Part shown: positions 49,190 to 56,384 of the stretch, piece by piece
Layout: each line of letters begins with the position of its first letter
Position numbering within the stretch: position 1 is the first letter of the stretch
Assembly: GCA_963662685.1 (NCBI GenBank)
Contig: OY759745.1
Span: 2,777,236-2,841,235 of the forward strand
Source of the DNA: Bacteroidales bacterium
GTDB taxonomy: Bacteria > Bacteroidota > Bacteroidia > Bacteroidales > VadinHA17
Length of the DNA stretch: 64,000 bases
Direction of reading: 5' to 3'
The notes under the pieces: generated by a model
Databases searched by the model: none
What the model saw: the letters and a program-made list of their open reading frames with translations, nothing else
Told to the model about the DNA's origin: nothing
Position numbers and translations under genes: made by a program

Positions 49190-49311
49190 AAGGTCAGGAA
49201 AATTAACCAAATCAAATATCAATAATCGAGGGTATAACAAATATCTAAAGCTGGAAGGAGATATTGATATTACAATAGATCATCAAAAATTTGAAGCTGA
49301 TGGGGCATGGG
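49190..49311 (+). pseudogene. IS1634-like transposase fragment, part 2, truncated by the IS21-like end
   Basis: SGKLTKSNINNRGYNKYLKLEGDIDITIDHQKFEADGAW. It ends where the IS21-like terminus TGTAAACGG begins at 49312. Confidence 0.6.
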
Positions 49312-49329
49312 TGTAAACGGCAAATAGGA

Positions 49330-49401
49330 GTGCAGTGATTTCGGGAAATAGAGGTGCAGCGATATTGGGAACAAAGATGCAGTAAAATCGGGAACAACAC
49401 T
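49330..49401. repeat. Three tandem 23-24-nt imperfect direct repeats (subterminal transposase-binding-type repeats of the IS21-like end)
   Basis: GTGCAGTGATTTCGGGAAATAGAG / GTGCAGCGATATTGGGAACAAAGA / TGCAGTAAAATCGGGAACAACACT. The repeats are contiguous with no spacers. Confidence 0.7.
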
Positions 49402-49483
49402 ACAGTGAGTGTAAAGGTAATTTTTTGTTTTGTATAATCATCTTTTTTATCATTTATAAGAACTATTAGGATTATATAATCCA

Positions 49484-50233
49484 TCAAAAAATAGTTTTTC
49501 TGTTCCGCAATCTGTAACTGGGGCCTTTTAGCTGGATAAGCTGACATTTATAAAGGAGTCTGTCTAGCAAAGCAGTGGCCAGTACGTTATCATTAAGAGT
49601 TTTAGCCCATTCGGCAGGAGAGCGGTTGGTGGTAATGATTAAGGAAGTCGATTCATAAATGTAATTGATAAAGCTGAAGAAGCGATTTCCGTCTTCCCTG
49701 TCAAAGGAGAAGTTCATCAGATCGTCAATGACAATGAGTTGTGCATTCCGCAGACGTTTGGATTCCCTGGCGGGACTAGCCGCCAAATCCTTCAGGCGGA
49801 GCATGGAAAGGAGATCATCCATACAGCGGAAGTAGGCTTTGTACCATTTTAAGAGAGCATCATGGCAGAGATCGGCAGCGATCATGGTTTTGCCGACACC
49901 GGAAGGGCCGGTAAGCATGATATTAAAACATTGGTCGATCCAGTTAAGTTCGCATAATTGTTTGAGCTGGGTAACCGAGAGTCCGTTGGATCTGGAGTAG
50001 TCATATCTATCGAGATCATGGTTCATGGGAAGCTTCGCCAATTTTTGTCTGATAATGAGCTGTCTTTCTTTCCTGGTGGCCACCTTGCGTTCAAGAACAT
50101 CCAGCAGGAAATCATCATTACTTGGGGTGTTGCTTCCTGCCATCTGAAGCAAGTCGGCAGCATTGGCTGTAAGATTGAACAATCTGAGTATTTTGGCGTT
50201 ACTGCATATTTGGGTTATCGTTTCCTGGCTCAT
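49484..50233 (-). CDS. istB: IS21-family helper ATPase IstB
   Basis: 249 aa with Walker A LTGPSGVGKT and Walker B LIVIDDL. Its ATG overlaps the istA stop (ATGA) once the istA frame is restored. Confidence 0.88.
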   Translation of the reverse strand: MSQETITQICSNAKILRLFNLTANAADLLQMAGSNTPSNDDFLLDVLERKVATRKERQLIIRQKLAKLPMNHDLDRYDYSRSNGLSVTQLKQLCELNWIDQCFNIMLTGPSGVGKTMIAADLCHDALLKWYKAYFRCMDDLLSMLRLKDLAASPARESKRLRNAQLIVIDDLMNFSFDREDGNRFFSFINYIYESTSLIITTNRSPAEWAKTLNDNVLATALLDRLLYKCQLIQLKGPSYRLRNRKTIF

Positions 50234-50705
50234 CGGTCAGTCGTTTTAAAGAGTTGTTCATAGGCATTGATGTCCGACCTGTTGGGTTGGATATTTGCCA
50301 TCATCCGTGCCGCATTATCCCCAAAAGTTTTAATCTCATTGAGGTCTTTCCCCCTGGTCACGCACATATCTGGGATACTTTTTCTCTATACCGGCAATAA
50401 ACGTATTTATATTGTCGCTGTGGAAGAAAAACTTGCGAAGCTGTTCTCTAAGCTGGGACACTTTAACGGACATATTACGACGATGATTTTTATTGATAAC
50501 TATATTTCCCTCTCCGGAGGGGATCATGTGCCGTGCAATCTCTTTACCTGATTCGTCCTTTATAATCAGTTTCCCGCCTTCCTCGGTGAGAAACACTTTT
50601 GTGTTCTGGTCATGATAAGTGCCGATTGGCAGTGAATAGGTATTCCCGCAGTAACGGATGAAATTGGTCTTAAGAACCTTGTACCCGGTCTTTTTTCCAA
50701 CTCAA
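50230..50705 (-). pseudogene. istA: IS21-family transposase IstA, C-terminal remnant with a frameshift
   Basis: The reverse strand reads GKKTGYKVLKTNFIRYCGNTYSLPIGTYHDQNTKVFLTEEGG...YPRYVRDQ, then a premature TGA at 50336..50338. Removing one G from the G5 run (plus-strand C5 at 50350..50354) restores ...KDLNEIKTFGDNAARMMANIQPNRSDINAYEQLFKTTDR, ending on the ATGA overlap with istB. Confidence 0.72.
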
Positions 50706-50741
50706 GAACAGGTGTCTAGGACAGAAGACTTTTGCGCTCCA

Positions 50742-50777
50742 CCTGTAGCCTTCCCTGAACCTGTAGCCTTCCCTGAA
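50742..50777 (+). repeat. Perfect tandem duplication of an 18-nt unit (CCTGTAGCCTTCCCTGAA) containing the left terminal repeat of the IS3-family element
   Basis: 50742..50759 and 50760..50777 are identical. The second copy is the functional-looking IRL. Confidence 0.9.
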
Positions 50778-50833
50778 AATCGGACAGTTTAAAATTAGAC
50801 AAAATATTAACTTTAAACTGTTAAAATTTAATC

Positions 50834-51100
50834 ATGAAAAAAGTACGATTTACCGAGACCCAGATCGTGAAGATCCTCAGGGAGTACGATACCGGTCGGG
50901 ACGCTAAAGATTTATGCCGAGAGCATGGAGTATCAAGAGCGACGTTCTATAACTGGCGAAAGAAATACGGGGGCATGGACGCCTTTCAGTTAAAACGTCT
51001 CAAGGAACTTGAGGAGGAAAACAGGCGATTAAAGCAGATGTACGCCGATTTAAGCCTGGATAACGTAATGCTCAAAGATATCCTCGGAAAAAAGTTTTAA
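50834..51100 (+). CDS. IS3-family transposase OrfA (HTH)
   Basis: 88 aa starting MKKVRFTETQIVKILREYDTGRDAKDLCREHGVSRATFYNWRKKYGGM. Confidence 0.88.
   Translation: MKKVRFTETQIVKILREYDTGRDAKDLCREHGVSRATFYNWRKKYGGMDAFQLKRLKELEEENRRLKQMYADLSLDNVMLKDILGKKF
51088..51094 (+). promoter_or_regulatory. Programmed -1 frameshift heptamer A_AAA_AAG
   Basis: In register with the orfA codons (GGA AAA AAG TTT TAA). The -1 frame is open from here into orfB (KKVLKPCEKKQRAEYLISSYS...). Confidence 0.75.
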
Positions 51101-51132
51101 AGCCCTGTGAAAAGAAACAGCGGGCGGAGTAT

Positions 51133-51966
51133 TTGATATCAAGTTACTCCATTGGCATCGGCAGGGCGTGCCGGGTAACAAGTCCGCAACGATCCATGTG
51201 GTATTATAATAGTAGTAGGGACGATACGGAAGTTATAGATAAACTGAACGAATTGGCGGATAAGCAGCCCAATCGCGGTTTTGATGAATATTATGGTCGC
51301 ATCAGAAGAGAAGGACTTAAATGGAACCGCAAGAGAGTCTTAAGAGTCTATCGCATGATGAATTTGAACATAAGAAGAAAACGTAAACGCAGACTACCTT
51401 CCAGAATTAAGGAGCCGTTAACCCAACCTATGTCCATAAACCATACATGGTCAATGGATTTTATGAGTGATAGCCTCGTATATGGCCGTCGCTTCAGAAC
51501 ATTGAACATTATAGATGATTATAACAGGGAAGCCCTGGCGATAGAAGCCGATTATTCCATGCCGGGAGAGAAAGTGATCAACGTATTGAAAGAAGTAATT
51601 TTTTGGAGAGGAAAGCCACAGAGGATAAGGATTGATAACGGTCCGGAATTTATATCAAAAGCATTGAAGCGGTGGTGTGAAACAAAGAATATAGAATTGA
51701 AATACATACAACCTGGCAAGCCCACACAAAATGCCTATATAGAGAGATTTAATAGGTTTTTTAGAGAAGATGTATTGGATGCGTTCTTGTTTGAAGACTT
51801 AGTGCAGGTACAACGCCTGTCCAACGAGTGGATGGATGATTACAATCAGAATCATCCCCACAAATCATTGGGAGGAATGAGTCCGTTTCAGTACGCGAAA
51901 AACTTCACAGAGGAGGGTACCCTCCTCTGTGATAAAACAAATATTAATGAAAAATGTCTAAATTAG
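51133..51966 (+). CDS. IS3-family transposase OrfB (rve/DDE core), expressed as an OrfAB fusion
   Basis: 277 aa with DDE context HTWSMDFMSD, IRIDNGPEFIS and YIERFNRFFREDVLD. Confidence 0.88.
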   Translation: MISSYSIGIGRACRVTSPQRSMWYYNSSRDDTEVIDKLNELADKQPNRGFDEYYGRIRREGLKWNRKRVLRVYRMMNLNIRRKRKRRLPSRIKEPLTQPMSINHTWSMDFMSDSLVYGRRFRTLNIIDDYNREALAIEADYSMPGEKVINVLKEVIFWRGKPQRIRIDNGPEFISKALKRWCETKNIELKYIQPGKPTQNAYIERFNRFFREDVLDAFLFEDLVQVQRLSNEWMDDYNQNHPHKSLGGMSPFQYAKNFTEEGTLLCDKTNINEKCLN

Positions 51967-51993
51967 TACTGTCTGAAAAGGGGGAAGGCTACA

Positions 51994-52059
51994 ATCTCAA
52001 AGAACTCGGCAAACTCCAAAAAACAAACCTGCTGATCCTGGACGACTTCGGACTACAGG
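51994..52059 (+). pseudogene. Fragment of a second, different IS21-family istB (Walker B region only)
   Basis: Translates LKELGKLQKTNLLILDDFGLQ, then is cut by another TGTAGCCTTCCCTGA copy. It differs from the intact istB at 49484..50233 in both orientation and sequence. Confidence 0.5.
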
Positions 52060-52074
52060 TGTAGCCTTCCCTGA
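52060..52074 (+). repeat. Solo 15-nt copy of the IS3-family left terminal repeat (TGTAGCCTTCCCTGA)
   Basis: Identical to the first 15 nt of the IRL at 50762 and at 50744. No IS body follows. Confidence 0.7.
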
Positions 52075-52330
52075 CAGTAGATCCTCTGTGATTATTTGCT
52101 AAGCTTGCAGTTCTCGATATGACCATACATCTCTGCATGGGTATGTCTTTTATATTTTCTCATGCGTCAAATCTACGCAGTCAAGATTAGCCTTGAAAGA
52201 CGGGTTTGGTAGAGGGAATACTCTTTAACTACGAATTGCCCTTACGGGGATAGCCCTTGTCAAGGGGTGGGTCAATACTCCGGAATGATGGGTCAATACT
52301 TCAGGAATAAACACCAAAACAGCTTCTTAG
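52075..52330 (-). mobile_element. Unidentified IS end remnant with two 18-19-nt subterminal direct repeats and a 23-codon ORF stub
   Basis: GGGTCAATACTCCGGAAT (52269..52286) and GGGTCAATACTTCAGGAAT (52290..52308). On the minus strand, an ATG at 52163 gives MRKYKRHTHAEMYGHIENCKLSK followed by a stop. The family is not recognised. Confidence 0.35.
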
Positions 52331-52339
52331 ATATTTAAA

Positions 52340-54172
52340 CTACCAACTATTAGTCTCCTCCCCATTCTCATATACCACATTCCCATCTCTAATAACTTTA
52401 ATTTCTGGCATGACATAGATGATATTACCTTTCATATTTGAAAATGAATTACAATCATTTTTTGCAAAATATAAAAGACATAAAACTTCCCCATCTTCTC
52501 CGCTAACAACCTGCAATGAAAGTTTTTGCCAAGTCCCTTTCTGATTAAGTTCATAAAATTTCTCATTTATTCCCACTCCTTCCGTAGATATGCGTACCCA
52601 ATCTGCATCATTATCTTCAGAAACATAACAATAAACAGAAAATGAAATAAAATCCCCTTTTCTCACGATAGGTTTATCTACTTCTACGTAGCGGTAACTG
52701 TTATTTGACCAATTAGTCGATATAGTCGTATTATTATAACAGGCACCTGATATGCTAGCCCCATTTAACTCAAAAGGCAATGGCTTCGGTAATTTTTTAT
52801 TTCTAACTATAGAAGCACCTGAAGCATAACTTCCTGCTCTTATAGGATTATAGGCTGGGAGTGTTTTACTATGCAAAATTAGGCCAAGTACAAGTACTCC
52901 AAAAACAAAAGTTAAATAAACCATAGTCCTAATAATCATATTAAAACTCAAATCGTTTTTAAAAAGATTTTTTTTGTCGTTTTTATCCCAGTTAGGCAAA
53001 GCCAAATAATATAACACAAATGCAAAAGTTGCAATACCCGCTATACGCATCAGCATACTTTCAAAAAGAAAAGCAAAACCAAAAAAACATAAAACACTTA
53101 TTGCAATATACCGTTCTTCTTTCTTTATTCCTCTTATTAAAAAGAAAATAGCAACGGACAACAACAGCATGCCTAATATTCCAAACTCCAATAGCCACTC
53201 TAAAAACTGGTTATGGGCATTAAACCCTTCTCTTTTTGCATTTATATATCCATTTTCCTCTGTTTTTTCTATAAGCAACTGCTTTGCCCCTGCAATATGG
53301 TATCCCAGCATTGGTTTTTCTTTGATTAGTTGTAACGCAGATTTCCATAATATGCTCCTAGGTTCTCCTCCTTCTTTTATTTGCTCTATTGGATTTTCAA
53401 GAAATTGTTCAAATCGAGGATTATTATAAATAGCAAACCATACTAGGAATAATATCAAGATTAATACTAATATTGATTTTATTGTCCCAATCCTTGCTCC
53501 TAATTGCCTCACTATAAATAATAACATAATACCAAAACCTAAAGTTCCTGCACGAGATTCAGAATATAGTATAATAATACATGGTAATAAATAGGAAATA
53601 AAAAGTTGAAATTTATTTGTATGAGTGTTGGCAGTAATAAATAGATATGTAGCTAATATTAGATTTAACGATAAATAAGCATGATGTTTATAGTTATAAA
53701 GATCTCCCAAAACATAAGGATGATACATAAAACCATCTTGAAATAGGTATTTTAGAGTGAATCGTAGCAGAAAAAACAAGATAAATGCAATACACCCCAT
53801 AAAATAAGCTTCTTCTATTCGTTTCTTATTTATAAGAGGACTTTCACCTATTAACAACACTGAAGGAACAAGTACTAAAGAGATACGACGTTCAATAATA
53901 GAATACCCCACATCCGGATTAGTGGAAAATATAACAGATATAAAATTCCAAAGTACGAGTATTCCAGCAAGAATTACTGCTAATCTTATATTATGGGATA
54001 GTGTTACCTTTTCTTTTCTATCAAATACCCTCCAAAATAACCATGACACAATCCACAATACAATAGATGCTGGTAAAAATTTATCAGGGAATGGTAAAAC
54101 AAAGAAAAGCCAATAAGTTAAGTACTTATGGGATTCTTCAATTATTTTCACATTTTTCATCTGTGACAACAA
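52340..54172 (-). CDS. Wzy_C / O-antigen-ligase-family membrane protein with an extra C-terminal beta-rich domain
   Basis: 610 aa, polytopic. Wzy_C hallmarks are YSESRAGTLGFG and FNAHNQFLEWLLEFGILGML. After the last TM comes a roughly 170-aa soluble tail (YNPIRAGSYASGASIV...WVRISTEG...GTWQKLSLQVV...) that looks like a jelly-roll/CBM fold. Confidence 0.75.
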   Translation of the reverse strand: MLSQMKNVKIIEESHKYLTYWLFFVLPFPDKFLPASIVLWIVSWLFWRVFDRKEKVTLSHNIRLAVILAGILVLWNFISVIFSTNPDVGYSIIERRISLVLVPSVLLIGESPLINKKRIEEAYFMGCIAFILFFLLRFTLKYLFQDGFMYHPYVLGDLYNYKHHAYLSLNLILATYLFITANTHTNKFQLFISYLLPCIIILYSESRAGTLGFGIMLLFIVRQLGARIGTIKSILVLILILFLVWFAIYNNPRFEQFLENPIEQIKEGGEPRSILWKSALQLIKEKPMLGYHIAGAKQLLIEKTEENGYINAKREGFNAHNQFLEWLLEFGILGMLLLSVAIFFLIRGIKKEERYIAISVLCFFGFAFLFESMLMRIAGIATFAFVLYYLALPNWDKNDKKNLFKNDLSFNMIIRTMVYLTFVFGVLVLGLILHSKTLPAYNPIRAGSYASGASIVRNKKLPKPLPFELNGASISGACYNNTTISTNWSNNSYRYVEVDKPIVRKGDFISFSVYCYVSEDNDADWVRISTEGVGINEKFYELNQKGTWQKLSLQVVSGEDGEVLCLLYFAKNDCNSFSNMKGNIIYVMPEIKVIRDGNVVYENGEETNSW

Positions 54173-54181
54173 TCTATTTTA

Positions 54182-55288
54182 TTAGCAATTTGCGATTATT
54201 ATTTCTATTTGTCCAGAGGACTTTTCCCAAGAAAAATTCTTTGCAGTTTCAATTCCGTTTTGAGATAACTTTTCTTGTAAATCTCTGTTATTTATAAGTT
54301 CTATTAGCCTCTCCTTAAGCTGTATCTCGTTTTTAGGCTCAAACATAAGACAATTTTCTTCATCCTTAGCATATTCCTTTACTCCTCCGGAATCACTTGT
54401 AATAACTGTACAACCACATGCCATTGCCTCTAACGGAGGCAGACCAAACCCTTCCCACCATGAGGTTGAAATAAAAATATCAGATTTACGATAAATGGAA
54501 GCAATTTCTTTATCTGATTTTGGCTTAATAATTTTCATTCCTTCTGTATTAAAGGCAGATAAGTCATCATGACTAATAAGATAGACTTCTCCAATTTTAT
54601 TCTTATATACATCATCCATTTCTCTGTAGGTATTTATAAATGTTTCCAGACCCTTCCATGGATGCTTTCTCGCTACAAGACAAATATTGAAAATTGCTAT
54701 TCCGGAATTTTCAGCTTTTCTGTTAACAGGGTTAAAGATATCGTGATTTAGGGCAGGATGGACTATTAAAAATGGAAGCTTTCTTCCAGAATCCTCACTA
54801 AAACGTTTATACACATAAGAAGAGTTAAAAATATATTTGATTTTTTTTCCGCCATAAGAATATATACAAAAAACTTTATATATCTCTAAAATAATACCTT
54901 TCCCTAGTATTCCCCCATCATCAAAAATACGATAATCATCCGCCTGAATAAACCTAAATAGGTTCTTCCCTCTGAGAAAAAGAGAGAAAAGAGAAAAAAG
55001 AGGATCTGAAAAAATTATAGTATCTTTTCGATATTTGACGTTAATACAGTGTATAATCCTTAAAATATTGGCAATTCTTACTGCGTTATCTTTGGCAAGT
55101 TTACCTATTACCTTAATTTTTACATTATCTTGGCATAAAAAGGTGTGAGTTTCAGGAGAATTATTAGGAGAAACGATTAATACCTCATATTTAGAGCATA
55201 ACTGATTTGCTAGTTCGACAAAAACTCGATTACCACCTCCTGTTTTTAAGCTAGGTGTAACAAACACGATTCTTTTATGTTGTTTCAT
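54182..55288 (-). CDS. Family 4 (GT-B, Glycos_transf_1) glycosyltransferase
   Basis: 368 aa with FVTPSLKTGGGNRV and the EX7E region STSWWEGFGLPPLEAMACGCTVITSDSGGVKE. Confidence 0.85.
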   Translation of the reverse strand: MKQHKRIVFVTPSLKTGGGNRVFVELANQLCSKYEVLIVSPNNSPETHTFLCQDNVKIKVIGKLAKDNAVRIANILRIIHCINVKYRKDTIIFSDPLFSLFSLFLRGKNLFRFIQADDYRIFDDGGILGKGIILEIYKVFCIYSYGGKKIKYIFNSSYVYKRFSEDSGRKLPFLIVHPALNHDIFNPVNRKAENSGIAIFNICLVARKHPWKGLETFINTYREMDDVYKNKIGEVYLISHDDLSAFNTEGMKIIKPKSDKEIASIYRKSDIFISTSWWEGFGLPPLEAMACGCTVITSDSGGVKEYAKDEENCLMFEPKNEIQLKERLIELINNRDLQEKLSQNGIETAKNFSWEKSSGQIEIIIANC

Positions 55289-55292
55289 AAAA

Positions 55293-56381
55293 CTATTTCT
55301 CTTCTAAGAAGTAAGGACTAACATTTGTTTTAAAGTCTAAGCTATAATGGTAAGGAATTATTTTTGCGCTATGAGGTTTTACATTTGCAATAAATAATAA
55401 TGCACAGTAACTTATTATTAAAACATATATCCAAGACTTTGATTTCTTTGTGACAATTTTTAAAAATAGTGGAAGTAGTACTACAATAAAAATATTAAAG
55501 TAATAAGAAATTCTTAGAAACACTATATAATCTTTAAAGAGTATTGAAAAAATTATTGAGAAGGTAAATGCTCTAATAATTAACTCATTTTTCATATCAC
55601 TATTCACTAATTTATTAGCAAAGAACAAACTTAATAATGCTAAAACAAATTTTGACAAAAAACCGAGTCCAAGTTCTCCTGAAGGATTAGCATTCCGATA
55701 CAACGAAAGATAATCACCATAGTAAGGAATATGTTCTAATAAATCTTTTAATGGAAAAAACCAGGTGATAATTACAGTTCCCAAAATGACATAAGTAAAA
55801 ACTCTTACATTTAGTTTCACGTTTAATAACCAATAAAAAGGCAGCAAGATGATTGCTGATCTATGGAATAATGCTGCGATTAAGATGAAAGTAAGATATC
55901 TAATAAATCTTCTTTCAATAATAAACCTACTTGCATAAAAAAATAGTGCAATAGCCAAATATTGACGAATCAAATTGAAACTCTCAAAATAAACCCCTGA
56001 AGCAAGAAAAATAAAAAATGCAATAACAATGTGATCGTTTGTGTAGAACTTAATTGCATAAAAAACAGGAACAATGACAAATACGCTTGTTATCAGATAC
56101 ATCGCCTGTGGCCCCAATCCTAACCATTTCATAATCCAGATTAAACATTTAAACCCAAACTCTGTATTTGTATAGTCAACAGACAGAAACATATCCCAAT
56201 AAGAAAGGAAATCTATTCCAACGCAAAACCTTAATCCAGAGACTAAAATTATTATTAACAATCCCAAGAAAGTTAACCATTCAGTAATTTGAATGCTTCC
56301 TAGCTTAATACTTACATTACCGTAAACACCAAAGTACAGAAACAAAGTTGTGATTAGAATTATGGAAATATAAAAAAGCAT
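55293..56381 (-). CDS. EpsG-family polytopic membrane protein (Wzy-type polysaccharide polymerase candidate)
   Basis: 362 aa, about 10 TM, with typical EpsG pattern (GIDFLSYWDMF, RQYLAIALFFYA). Confidence 0.7.
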   Translation of the reverse strand: MLFYISIILITTLFLYFGVYGNVSIKLGSIQITEWLTFLGLLIIILVSGLRFCVGIDFLSYWDMFLSVDYTNTEFGFKCLIWIMKWLGLGPQAMYLITSVFVIVPVFYAIKFYTNDHIVIAFFIFLASGVYFESFNLIRQYLAIALFFYASRFIIERRFIRYLTFILIAALFHRSAIILLPFYWLLNVKLNVRVFTYVILGTVIITWFFPLKDLLEHIPYYGDYLSLYRNANPSGELGLGFLSKFVLALLSLFFANKLVNSDMKNELIIRAFTFSIIFSILFKDYIVFLRISYYFNIFIVVLLPLFLKIVTKKSKSWIYVLIISYCALLFIANVKPHSAKIIPYHYSLDFKTNVSPYFLEEK

Positions 56382-56384
56382 ATT

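Larger units (their letters stand above)
49312..50741 (-). mobile_element. IS21-family element remnant: complete right end and istB; istA 5'-truncated and frameshifted
   Basis: Terminal TG plus three subterminal repeats, an intact istB, and an istA C-terminal portion only. The upstream part is replaced by IS3-family end copies from 50742. Confidence 0.75.
50762..51993 (+). mobile_element. IS3-family insertion sequence (IS2/IS407-like type), apparently intact (1232 bp), no target-site duplication visible
   Basis: IRL is TGTAGCCTTCCCTGAAAATCGGACAGT. IRR (reverse complement) is TGTAGCCTTCCCCCTTTTCAGACAGT. orfA and orfB are in the 0 and -1 frames with a canonical slippery site. Flanks are ACC on the left and ATC on the right. 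Confidence 0.85.

Noticed and set aside
49330-49401. Possible CRISPR-like repeat array (three 23-24-nt repeats)
   Set aside because: The repeats are directly contiguous with no spacers, are imperfect, and sit exactly between the IS21-like terminus and the istB stop. They fit IS21-type subterminal repeats. No cas genes are in the window.
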